From: Candidatus Poribacteria bacterium
GTDB taxonomy: Bacteria > Poribacteria > WGA-4E > WGA-3G
Reading direction: 5' to 3'
NCBI GenBank assembly: GCA_965215265.1
Contig: OZ244048.1
Coordinates: 2,944,001 to 3,008,000 of the forward strand
DNA: 64,000 nt
Shown here: positions 18,042-26,431 of the stretch, in pieces
Layout of the letters: each line of letters opens with the position of its first letter
Position numbering within the stretch: position 1 is the first letter of the stretch
The notes under the pieces: generated by a model
Databases searched by the model: none
Told to the model about the DNA's origin: nothing
What the model saw: the letters and a program-made list of their open reading frames with translations, nothing else
Made by a program: the position numbers and the translations under genes

Positions 18042-19067
18042 CTACTCTTTTCTAAATCGGATTTCAAAGGTTTCATATTCCCCGGTGAAAGGTCGCTCAT
18101 CAATATTGAGTGCGTCAACGTGCGCGAAACGCGGTCCCTGCTTTAACAATTTCACGAGTGCATCTAGCTGCGTTTTATCGGCCTCTGCGACAACTTCGAC
18201 TTTACCGTTTGATAAGTTCATCGCGTAGCCGTTCACGCCGAGCTGTTTTGCGTTTCGCTGCGTAAAATTACGGAAGCCGACTCCTTGCACCTTGCCACTG
18301 ATGAGAATGTAATACTGCATCTTTTGGACGATATCAAAGGTCACTGTCACAGGCGTTCCTAACGGTGGTAACAGTTCCTCATTCTTTTTATAGATATTTT
18401 CCTCTGAAGATTCCGGTAGCGGGTTTTGGAAAAGTGCGCCGCCATCAAAACGTCTCAGAGCGACAATATCATTGCTCATGAACGCCTGCGGTAACATTGC
18501 ATCCTCATCTTCGCTGTCCAAGTCTGGAATGATGCGTGAGCCGGAGTAAACCCAAGCGACATGTTTCATCGTTTTTTGGGTTTTGACGTTACGGACTAGG
18601 TCTTCCGCGCGAACCTTCTGCGTTTTATCGCCAACGGTCCATTCAACGGAGATGACAACTCCAGGTCCTTTCGCGTCTGTCGGTTCATCTGTTTCTACGT
18701 CGTAGCCGGGTGGACTTCCATGTTTAACCCCGAGTGCACCTAATGCATCGTGCAGGTGCTTCGCGGTTGCCTCTACAACGATAATGCTTTCGTATTCCTT
18801 GCCCTCACGTCCGCAGATGAGATATTCAACTGCCCCTTGTAAATGTTCATCGTATTCACCAAGTGCCTTGGAAATTTCTCCCTTTAAGACGATTTGCTTC
18901 GCTTCTTCGATAACTTTGAGATGGCTATCTGTCCAACCGATATTATGCATCACGAGCAGACATAAACCGGTGCCAAAAATTACCGCCGTTGTCTTGCCCT
19001 GGCGCGATATTTGCAACCACGTTTTTGATTTAACGAGCTGTAGAACGTTCATACAGAAAGATTTCAT
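18042..19067 (-). CDS. YdjY-like domain protein fused to C-terminal acylphosphatase
   Basis: VEYLIC...GKEYES, LHDAL..LG, WVYSGS, LPPLGTPV; then SGKVQGVGFR...GYAMNL.NG.VEV. Confidence 0.8.
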   Translation of the reverse strand: MKSFCMNVLQLVKSKTWLQISRQGKTTAVIFGTGLCLLVMHNIGWTDSHLKVIEEAKQIVLKGEISKALGEYDEHLQGAVEYLICGREGKEYESIIVVEATAKHLHDALGALGVKHGSPPGYDVETDEPTDAKGPGVVISVEWTVGDKTQKVRAEDLVRNVKTQKTMKHVAWVYSGSRIIPDLDSEDEDAMLPQAFMSNDIVALRRFDGGALFQNPLPESSEENIYKKNEELLPPLGTPVTVTFDIVQKMQYYILISGKVQGVGFRNFTQRNAKQLGVNGYAMNLSNGKVEVVAEADKTQLDALVKLLKQGPRFAHVDALNIDERPFTGEYETFEIRFRKE

Positions 19068-19098
19068 AAATGTGCTCCTTTTTTATCAAATCAGTCTA

Positions 19099-19887
19099 CT
19101 AAAAAGTATAGCGTACTCCATTAAAGATTTCCATATCATATTTTTGAATGCCGCTTGGTGGTTCATTATCGTATCGGAAATTCAACCGCAATGGAACCGC
19201 TAATTTCGTTGTGAGGCGGATTGTAATGTTCCCTTGAAAAAGGATGCGATAATCTGCAGCGCTGTTGATGCGGACCTGATAATAGCCTGTCGCTGTCGTA
19301 GCAATACGCTCATCTAATTGTCCTGTCCAATTGATGTAGTTGGTTGAGCGAACAATATGCGTTGTAATTTCGCCTGCATCTGCATCGTTAATTCTTTCGT
19401 GTTCCCACATTGCCCCCATACCGAGATAAACATTAAACTTGTATTTACCGGTTGTAGCAGGTCTTTTCGGGCGGAGGCTAAAACGGAGCCCGCCACCAGT
19501 TAAATTCCGATCGTTGAGGAGAATGGATTCGTTGAACTGTTTTTGGCTAAATGACTCAATGAGGAAGTGCGATGTGAGATTTCGGATAATTCGTCCGTGT
19601 ACCATGCCTTTGTTGGTAAAAAACGTGCCGCTTTTTCTTCCTTGCTGCAAACTCCCCAGAACAAATCCGTGATATGTTTTCGCCAAATAATCTGATCGAA
19701 ACTGTGTTCGCAAGGTAAGCAGCTCAGTGTTGCCGCCGCGATAAGTCAAATCGAGGGCGATACTATTGTACCAACCGGGCTTTAATTGCATCTGACTCAT
19801 AGTTTCGACTGTAAAAATGTTCACCTGTGCTGAAATTGGCAGTGTGGAAGCGAATAGGAATATAAAACAGATACGGACATAATTCAT
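19099..19887 (-). CDS. DUF481-like outer-membrane beta-barrel protein
   Basis: Signal peptide; GGNTE, GGGLR, RYDNEPP; C-terminal aromatic YTF. Confidence 0.75.
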   Translation of the reverse strand: MNYVRICFIFLFASTLPISAQVNIFTVETMSQMQLKPGWYNSIALDLTYRGGNTELLTLRTQFRSDYLAKTYHGFVLGSLQQGRKSGTFFTNKGMVHGRIIRNLTSHFLIESFSQKQFNESILLNDRNLTGGGLRFSLRPKRPATTGKYKFNVYLGMGAMWEHERINDADAGEITTHIVRSTNYINWTGQLDERIATTATGYYQVRINSAADYRILFQGNITIRLTTKLAVPLRLNFRYDNEPPSGIQKYDMEIFNGVRYTF

Positions 19888-19939
19888 TGGACAAAACCTC
19901 TGTCTGCAGGATAAAATAATTGCAATCTGGAGGAGAACG

Positions 19940-20917
19940 ATGCAACGAATTTTTATAGACACTGATCCCGGCATAGACGACGCACTGGCAATTTTACTCG
20001 CAATGAAATCGCCAGAACTGCACGTAGAGGCTATCACGAGTGTCTGCGGCAACGTGCCTATTGAGAAAGCGACACAGAACCTCTTGACAATCTTAGGTGT
20101 GCTTGATTTGCCCGAACACCCTATTATTGCCATAGGAGAAGCACAGCCCCTTGTAAAACCTCTCGTCACAGCCTCACACCTGCACGGAGAAGATGGATTG
20201 GGCAATATCAGTCACCTGCGAAATGCTGATAAGACACCGCGTTATCCGATAGCAAACACTGAAGTTGCATCCATATCAGGAGTCGAGTTGATTATTGAGC
20301 AGGTAACGCAATATCCCGATGAACTCCTCTTGGTTGCTTTGGGACCGCTCACGAACGTTGCGAAGGCTATAAAAAAAGCACCAGCCCGTATGCGTAAACT
20401 TCGCGAAATTGTGTTAATGGGGGGTGCTTTTGAGGAATATGGTAACATTACAACGACTGCTGAATTCAATATGTTCGTTGATCCGCACGCTGCACAAGTC
20501 GTCCTTGATTCTGGCCTCCCTATTCGGATTGTCCCTCTGGATGCAACACATCAGGTTGCATTAACGCGCGGACGGCTTCAGGCAGAAACCGATATACAGC
20601 AAAATACTATTGCTCATTTTGTCATAGAAGTGACGCAAGCCTGCATGGAACTTTACCAACAACACGTTGGGTTTTCCGGGTTCTATCTTCACGATCCGCT
20701 GCCTATTGGCATGCTCACACATCCATCCTATTTTCAGTCCGTTGCTGCATACGTGCAAGTTGAAACGGCAGGTACTTTAACGAACGGCATGACGGTCGCA
20801 GACTTGCGCGAAGGGCATCAACCTCAGTATCCAAACGCTCGCGTTTGTGTAAAGGTTGAAGCAGAGAAATTTCTACGCTACTTTTTTGAACGGCTCTTCT
20901 CGCCTATTTCCGCTTAG
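19940..20917 (+). CDS. nucleoside hydrolase (IUNH family)
   Basis: DTDPGIDDA, LGPLTN, AEFN..VDP, LHDP. Confidence 0.93.
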   Translation: MQRIFIDTDPGIDDALAILLAMKSPELHVEAITSVCGNVPIEKATQNLLTILGVLDLPEHPIIAIGEAQPLVKPLVTASHLHGEDGLGNISHLRNADKTPRYPIANTEVASISGVELIIEQVTQYPDELLLVALGPLTNVAKAIKKAPARMRKLREIVLMGGAFEEYGNITTTAEFNMFVDPHAAQVVLDSGLPIRIVPLDATHQVALTRGRLQAETDIQQNTIAHFVIEVTQACMELYQQHVGFSGFYLHDPLPIGMLTHPSYFQSVAAYVQVETAGTLTNGMTVADLREGHQPQYPNARVCVKVEAEKFLRYFFERLFSPISA

Positions 20918-21546
20918 AACAAATTGAGCCCGCCGAGCGGGTGATTTGGAATATAGCGAAGGTCGTTGTAAGGGTCCTCCCGTAGCATCATCGGGATCTC
21001 CAATTCGGGCATTTTCAGTTTTGTTAATTTCGTGCGTTGCTCTGCTGTCAAACCAGCTGCGATTTCCCCAATTAATTGTTTGATTTCTCTGAGGAACATA
21101 TCGCGCTGTCTCAAGAATTTGCGTGCTTCATTCCGGAATGCATTGAGTTCCCGCCGGCTTCGCATATTAGGGAACCCGCCCTGATACCTGTCAAATTGAC
21201 GTTGCGTTAAGCCTGCACGAAACACCTGATAATCCACTTCTAACTGTTTCTTTTCAAAATTGTAATCTACAACAATGTCACGGATGAGTTGCAATTTCGG
21301 TTGAATTATCTGCTTCTGCTGTTCAGTGAGTTTCAGTACGGCAGCACTTTTCGGGACATCGATTAGTTTAAGCCCACCACAGGATAGCTGCAAAAAACAG
21401 CAGGGGAGCAAGACAACCAAAATGGTAGAAACATCTTTGGTGAGATAGGCACAACAAAGTTCACAGTAAGCGTGCCATAAGTGCCTTCCAACGCATTTCC
21501 TGAACGTTTTCATCGACGAAAAAATGAATATCGTTTTATTTTCCAT
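20914..21546 (-). CDS. hypothetical, possible lipoprotein (start uncertain)
   Basis: Hydrophobic stretch ending LSC; L.LTEQQK and LT.EQR helical repeats. Confidence 0.6.
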   Translation of the reverse strand: MENKTIFIFSSMKTFRKCVGRHLWHAYCELCCAYLTKDVSTILVVLLPCCFLQLSCGGLKLIDVPKSAAVLKLTEQQKQIIQPKLQLIRDIVVDYNFEKKQLEVDYQVFRAGLTQRQFDRYQGGFPNMRSRRELNAFRNEARKFLRQRDMFLREIKQLIGEIAAGLTAEQRTKLTKLKMPELEIPMMLREDPYNDLRYIPNHPLGGLNLF

Positions 21547-21598
21547 GATAAATTCTTTCGCTGTAGTAGGCCCGAGGATTAAGTTTGCCTCATCCTTG

Positions 21599-23125
21599 TT
21601 AGACGTCCTCATCACAACCGCCCAAGTCATACAGCTCCCCATATTTTGTCCGGAGATATGCCAAATAAGGGGCGATAGACAAGGAAGTTCCAGTTGCACG
21701 TTCAATGAGTTCCGGTGCTGTGTATTTCGATCCGTGCTGATAAAGGTTCTCTTTTAGCCAACCGTGCAGAGTGTGGAACTGGCCTTTCCGAATTTGATCG
21801 TGAATTTCAGGATGTGCTTCAAGGGCGGTTGCGAAAAATTGTGCCCCTAATATATTGCCCAGCGTGTAGCCTTGAAATGAACCGCCGATGAGCCCAAAGT
21901 ACCAATGCACATCTTGCAAGACACCGTCCTTGTCATCTGGCGGTACGAGTCCAAAGTCTGCTTCGAACCGTTCTGTCCATGCTTTCGGTAGTTCACGAAT
22001 TTCAAGGGTTCCCTCAAGCAGTGCCAATTCAAAATCAAAACGCAGCATGACGTGCAGATTGTAGGTAACCTCATCAGCCTCTGTGCGTATGAGTGAGCGT
22101 TCTACCTTGTTAATTGCGCGGTAAAACTGTTCGAGCGTGACAGCGTTAAGTTGCTCAGGAAAGGTGCTTTGAAGTTTGGGATAGAAGCACTCCCAGAATC
22201 CTTGACTTCGTCCGACGATATTTTCCCATAGGCGCGATTGGCTTTCATGAACACCAGAAGAGGTCCCGCTAGCGAGTGGCGTGCCTTCCAGTTCCATACG
22301 GATGCCTTGTTCATAAAGGGCGTGTCCGGTTTCGTGCAGCGTGCAGAATATCGCATCGCTGAGTTCATCGTCTTTTGAACGGGTGGTAATTCTTACGTCA
22401 CCCAGTGAGAATTTAGTCATGAACGGGTGGTGCGTCTTATCCATCCGTCCACGATTCAGATCGTAACCGAACTGCCGGGCGATATCCATGCCAAATGCGA
22501 GTTGTTTTTCCTCTGAAAAATTTCCGTGTAAACATGCATCGTCGGCAGGCGATTGCGCAGTAATTGCTTTAGCAATGGGGACGAGCGCGCTGCGAAGTTC
22601 CGAGAAAACACGGCTGACATCGCTCGCCTTCATACCGTAGTCACTGCGTTCAATTAGCGGGTCGGCAATGTGTTCGTAATCGGAGAAAAAATTAGCGGCT
22701 TGACGGCTATAGTCCAGCGTTTTTTCTAAATAGGGACGCACCCGCTCAAAATCGTTCGCTGGACGTGCCTCGGTCCAGATTTGGTAAGAGGCGGAGGTAT
22801 GGTTTGTCACTTCTGCCATGAAATCCGCTGGTATTTTTATGGCGCGCTCATACTCCCGCCGCGTCACCCGAAGCAGACTTGCTTCGTCAGAATCATAATC
22901 AAGATTTTCTTGATACGGCACCAACGCATCAAGCAATTTCCCGATGCGAGCGTCTGTAAACTTTTCGTGTGCCAGTCGACTGAGCGTCGCCGTTTGGCGT
23001 GCTCGGGCTGCAGCACCCTCCGGTGGCATATAGGTTGACTGATCCCAATAGAGCAGTCCCGCGGCTGACGATAAATCATTTATCTCAATAAGACGGGTCT
23101 TGAGTTCCTGAAATTGTTCCTTCAA
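21599..23125 (-). CDS. carboxypeptidase M32
   Basis: WDQ.T.MP, HPF, DVRITTR, HETGH, HESQ, IRTEADE, GVLQDVHW. Confidence 0.95.
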   Translation of the reverse strand: MKEQFQELKTRLIEINDLSSAAGLLYWDQSTYMPPEGAAARARQTATLSRLAHEKFTDARIGKLLDALVPYQENLDYDSDEASLLRVTRREYERAIKIPADFMAEVTNHTSASYQIWTEARPANDFERVRPYLEKTLDYSRQAANFFSDYEHIADPLIERSDYGMKASDVSRVFSELRSALVPIAKAITAQSPADDACLHGNFSEEKQLAFGMDIARQFGYDLNRGRMDKTHHPFMTKFSLGDVRITTRSKDDELSDAIFCTLHETGHALYEQGIRMELEGTPLASGTSSGVHESQSRLWENIVGRSQGFWECFYPKLQSTFPEQLNAVTLEQFYRAINKVERSLIRTEADEVTYNLHVMLRFDFELALLEGTLEIRELPKAWTERFEADFGLVPPDDKDGVLQDVHWYFGLIGGSFQGYTLGNILGAQFFATALEAHPEIHDQIRKGQFHTLHGWLKENLYQHGSKYTAPELIERATGTSLSIAPYLAYLRTKYGELYDLGGCDEDV

Positions 23126-23514
23126 AATTGGTTCTCCTTCGGGATGTGTAGTATATTGTATACGGATTGCCTTTTTATGTTGTTTCCTCAGGAATATTCA
23201 TGATTATAGCATAATTGCTTTTTTTAATCAACTCAAATTGAACAGCGGAGAGCCTCAGGTGAATTAACCGCAATCCCTATATAATAAATCTATTGGGGCT
23301 TTCATTCTTTGCTAAGATTTGGGATAATTAGGCCCGGTAGTTGCGGTTTGCAACCGCGCTGGAATAGAAAAAGAATGTGCAAAATCCAAACAATACAATA
23401 AATGACTTAAAACTAAATGCTTCCGCTGGTATAATAAAAAAAACTTGATTATTATTTTAAATCCATATATACTATATTGAGAACAAACTGTTAAAGTATA
23501 CACAAGGAACTGTC

Positions 23515-24387
23515 GTGCGAATTCAGAACGTAACAGATTTTAATCTGAAAGATACTCTGGAATCTGGACAATCGTTTCGATGGCACCGCGTTGAGAATTC
23601 CTACTACGGGGTTGTCGAAGGTCGGATACTCAAATTGAGCGCACTTTGTAGCGAGAGCCGGGGCAAGACTACGTTGTGTGTTGAAAGTTCTCGCGATGAG
23701 GATGAGGAGTTGTTAACAGAATCTGTTCGGCACTACCTTGATTTATCGCGAGATCTGCCCAGGCTGCTGACTTCTGTTGACGTTGATGTCTATATCCATC
23801 GCGCCATTGAGAAGTTTTGGGGAATGCGGATCCTAAACCAAGAACTATGGGAGACGATTGCATCATTCATTTTATCGCAGAACAACAATGTACCGCGCAT
23901 TCGAGGGATTATCCGCCGGCTTTCGGAACGTTTTGGCGAAAAATTGACACTCAACCGGTACGTTGATTATAGTTTTCCCACGGCTGCTGCATTCGCAACA
24001 GCAGAAGTAGACGAACTTTTGGCATGCGGGACCGGGTATCGAGCAAGTTACCTCAAAGATGCAGCCGCTGCAATCGTTAGCGAGCAACTCGTACTCACAA
24101 CGCTGAAACAATTGCCCTACCTTGAAGCCAAACACGCATTAATGCAACACAAAGGCATCGGTGAAAAAGTAGCGGACTGTATCTGCTTGTTTTCGCTTGG
24201 GCATCTTGAGGCACTGCCTATTGATGTGTGGGTGAAACGGATTTTTGAGACACTCTATCTCCGGCGGCAGGCTACGCATCGTGAGATACGTGAATTTGCA
24301 CAGAATCATTTTGGGGACGGTATCGGATACGCGCAGCAGTACCTTTTTCATTATGCTCATGAATATCCGAATTGGGCAGATGTTTAA
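23515..24387 (+). CDS. 8-oxoguanine DNA glycosylase (OGG1-like, HhH-GPD)
   Basis: TLESGQSFRW, SQNNN, GYRA, GIG.KVADCI.LF, PIDVW, YAQQYLF. Confidence 0.9.
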   Translation: MRIQNVTDFNLKDTLESGQSFRWHRVENSYYGVVEGRILKLSALCSESRGKTTLCVESSRDEDEELLTESVRHYLDLSRDLPRLLTSVDVDVYIHRAIEKFWGMRILNQELWETIASFILSQNNNVPRIRGIIRRLSERFGEKLTLNRYVDYSFPTAAAFATAEVDELLACGTGYRASYLKDAAAAIVSEQLVLTTLKQLPYLEAKHALMQHKGIGEKVADCICLFSLGHLEALPIDVWVKRIFETLYLRRQATHREIREFAQNHFGDGIGYAQQYLFHYAHEYPNWADV

Positions 24388-24455
24388 CGACCGAATTTCT
24401 GGGGATCAGTACATGCCACTGTGCACACCACTAAATGAATCCTCTGGGAGGTAAT

Positions 24456-24869
24456 ATGTCTGAGGCAACGAAGCTAAGTGTTGTAGCCCTTTTGGAAGAA
24501 CATGTTGAACTCGCCATTTCAACTGTTCAGGAATTACGTGCGAGAAAATTAGAACTTGAGGCTGAGATCGCTCGACTCAGCAGCGATTTGCTACAGCGGG
24601 ACGCACAAATTGAAGAACAAGAAACCCGATACAACGAACTGAGTAAAATTTACGAACGTGAGAAATTATCTGCGGAGAATGAACGCGCTGAAATCCGTCA
24701 GCGGCTTGAGGATTTGATGGCGGTCCTCGCCAACGTCAGTGAAACGCCGGAGGTTCATACAGAGTCAGAATCTACCGATGTCAGTGAAACCACAGAGGAT
24801 GCGCAAACTGATGAAACCGCAGAGGATGCGGAAGCTGAAATTGTTTTTACGGCGCAACGCACCGAATAG
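24456..24869 (+). CDS. coiled-coil protein, ZapB-like
   Basis: GGAGG RBS; LEE.V..AI.T..ELR...ER.EIR.RL heptads; acidic tail. Confidence 0.6.
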   Translation: MSEATKLSVVALLEEHVELAISTVQELRARKLELEAEIARLSSDLLQRDAQIEEQETRYNELSKIYEREKLSAENERAEIRQRLEDLMAVLANVSETPEVHTESESTDVSETTEDAQTDETAEDAEAEIVFTAQRTE

Positions 24870-24994
24870 GATACTAATGCCTAACGGTTGTCGAACCATC
24901 GGAAACACGCAGCCGTTTGGAAAGAGGCCGGAGAGGTGAACACAGTACTCATCGCAGCATCAAGCATGATGGGATTGGGTTATATAGGAAACTT

Positions 24995-26209
24995 GTGCGT
25001 ATCTTAGTGCTTTCCCATTCCTATATTATGAAACCGTATCGACGGAAGTTCGCGCTCATCGCAGCACGGTCTGATGTTACACTCCGCGTTATCACACCGG
25101 AACGGTGGTATGAAAGTTTTCAAGAAATTATCTTTGAACCGGATATTGACACTGACTGTGAGGAATTTCCACGTCCAATCCGGTTTTCTGGTTACGGTAG
25201 CCGCTTTTACTACCGTGGTCGGTTGAAGCACCACTTCCGTGATTTTCAACCGCATATTATTCATCTTGAGGAGGAAGCTTGGAGTCTTAACGCCTTACAA
25301 ACGATTCGGCTGAGGCGAAAGTATTGCCCGAAGAGCGGCTTTATCTTCCGGACATCTCTCAGCATTCCTACAAAACAACGGTTTGGGGGGTTGCCGATAT
25401 GGATAGAACGGCGTGTGTTTCGAGAAACCGATGTGGCGTTACCGCTCAGCGTAAATGCTGGCAAAATTTTAAGCCAACGCGGTTACACCGGAAGGCAGAT
25501 GCCGTTTCCAAACGGTGTTGACACGCGCCACTTCTATAAGATGGATGCAAAGAAGCTCACGGAGTCCCTCGAACTGACAGGCTGTTTTGTGATTGGGTAC
25601 GTAGGCAGACTCCTGCACATGAAGGGAATTGATACGTTACTTCAAGCAGTAGCAGAGATTGAAGCAGTATCGGAAATCAGTCAGGGTACGTTTCCCAATG
25701 CTACAGATACGTCTCATTCTCCGCCATCACCAAAACAGGATATTGTCTATAAACTTCTAATTGTAGGGCAAGGCGAGGATAAACCGATATTACAAAAAGT
25801 TGCTGAAACCCTTGGAATCGCTGACCGGATTGTGTGGATTGATGCTGTTCCTCCGGAAGAAGTACCTGCCTATATCAATTGTATGGATACACTGGTTCTA
25901 CCGTCGCGAACAACACCCGGCTGGGTAGAATTTTTTGGGCGAGTGCTCATAGAGGGGATGGCATGCGAAGTACCAGTTATTGGTTCAGATTCCGGTGAAA
26001 TTCCGCACGTCATTGGAGATGCAGGTCTAATTTTTCCGGAAACTAACGCAACCGCTTTGGCTGCGTGCATCCACCGAATCGCATCCGATAAGACACTCCG
26101 GGCTCGTCTCGTTGAACGTGGCCTGGTACGGGTTAAAAATTTTACGTGGGAGACGATTGCGGACCGAACTTATAAGGTTTATCAAGAGTTATTTGAGCAG
26201 AAGTTTTAG
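24995..26209 (+). CDS. glycosyltransferase family 4
   Basis: PNGVD, GYVGRL..KG, E.FGRVLIEGMACEVPVIGSDSG. Confidence 0.92.
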   Translation: MRILVLSHSYIMKPYRRKFALIAARSDVTLRVITPERWYESFQEIIFEPDIDTDCEEFPRPIRFSGYGSRFYYRGRLKHHFRDFQPHIIHLEEEAWSLNALQTIRLRRKYCPKSGFIFRTSLSIPTKQRFGGLPIWIERRVFRETDVALPLSVNAGKILSQRGYTGRQMPFPNGVDTRHFYKMDAKKLTESLELTGCFVIGYVGRLLHMKGIDTLLQAVAEIEAVSEISQGTFPNATDTSHSPPSPKQDIVYKLLIVGQGEDKPILQKVAETLGIADRIVWIDAVPPEEVPAYINCMDTLVLPSRTTPGWVEFFGRVLIEGMACEVPVIGSDSGEIPHVIGDAGLIFPETNATALAACIHRIASDKTLRARLVERGLVRVKNFTWETIADRTYKVYQELFEQKF

Positions 26210-26268
26210 GGTTGGGTATTTTGAAGTGGTGATTGATGAAAGTCGGCACACCGGATTCATAGGAAAGA

Positions 26269-26352
26269 TGCCCCCGACTGGACTCGAACCAGCATGCCAA
26301 TTAAGGCACAGGCCCTCAACCTGCCGTGTATACCAAATTCCACCACAGGGGC
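26269..26352 (-). tRNA. tRNA-Leu(GAG), CCA not encoded
   Basis: Cloverleaf: GCCCCTG/CGGGGGC acceptor, GCAGG-TTGAGGG-CCTGT anticodon arm, long variable arm, GGTTCGAGTCC. Confidence 0.95.
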
Positions 26353-26364
26353 AATCTAATATTA

Positions 26365-26393
26365 ATTATACTCTATTTCCGTTGCAATGTCAA
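26365..26393 (-). promoter_or_regulatory. consensus sigma70 promoter of tRNA-Leu
   Basis: TTGACA-N17-TATAAT 12 nt upstream of the tRNA 5' end. Confidence 0.8.
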
Positions 26394-26431
26394 ATCTTTT
26401 TTATAATTTTAAGAATTAAAACACGAAAAAT

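Noticed and set aside
19888-20205. Long N-terminal extension of the DUF481-like ORF
   Set aside because: Overlaps the nucleoside hydrolase on the opposite strand; the signal peptide starts at 19887
26269-26352. tRNA-Leu as an integration site
   Set aside because: No integrase and no duplicated tRNA 3' end seen in the window
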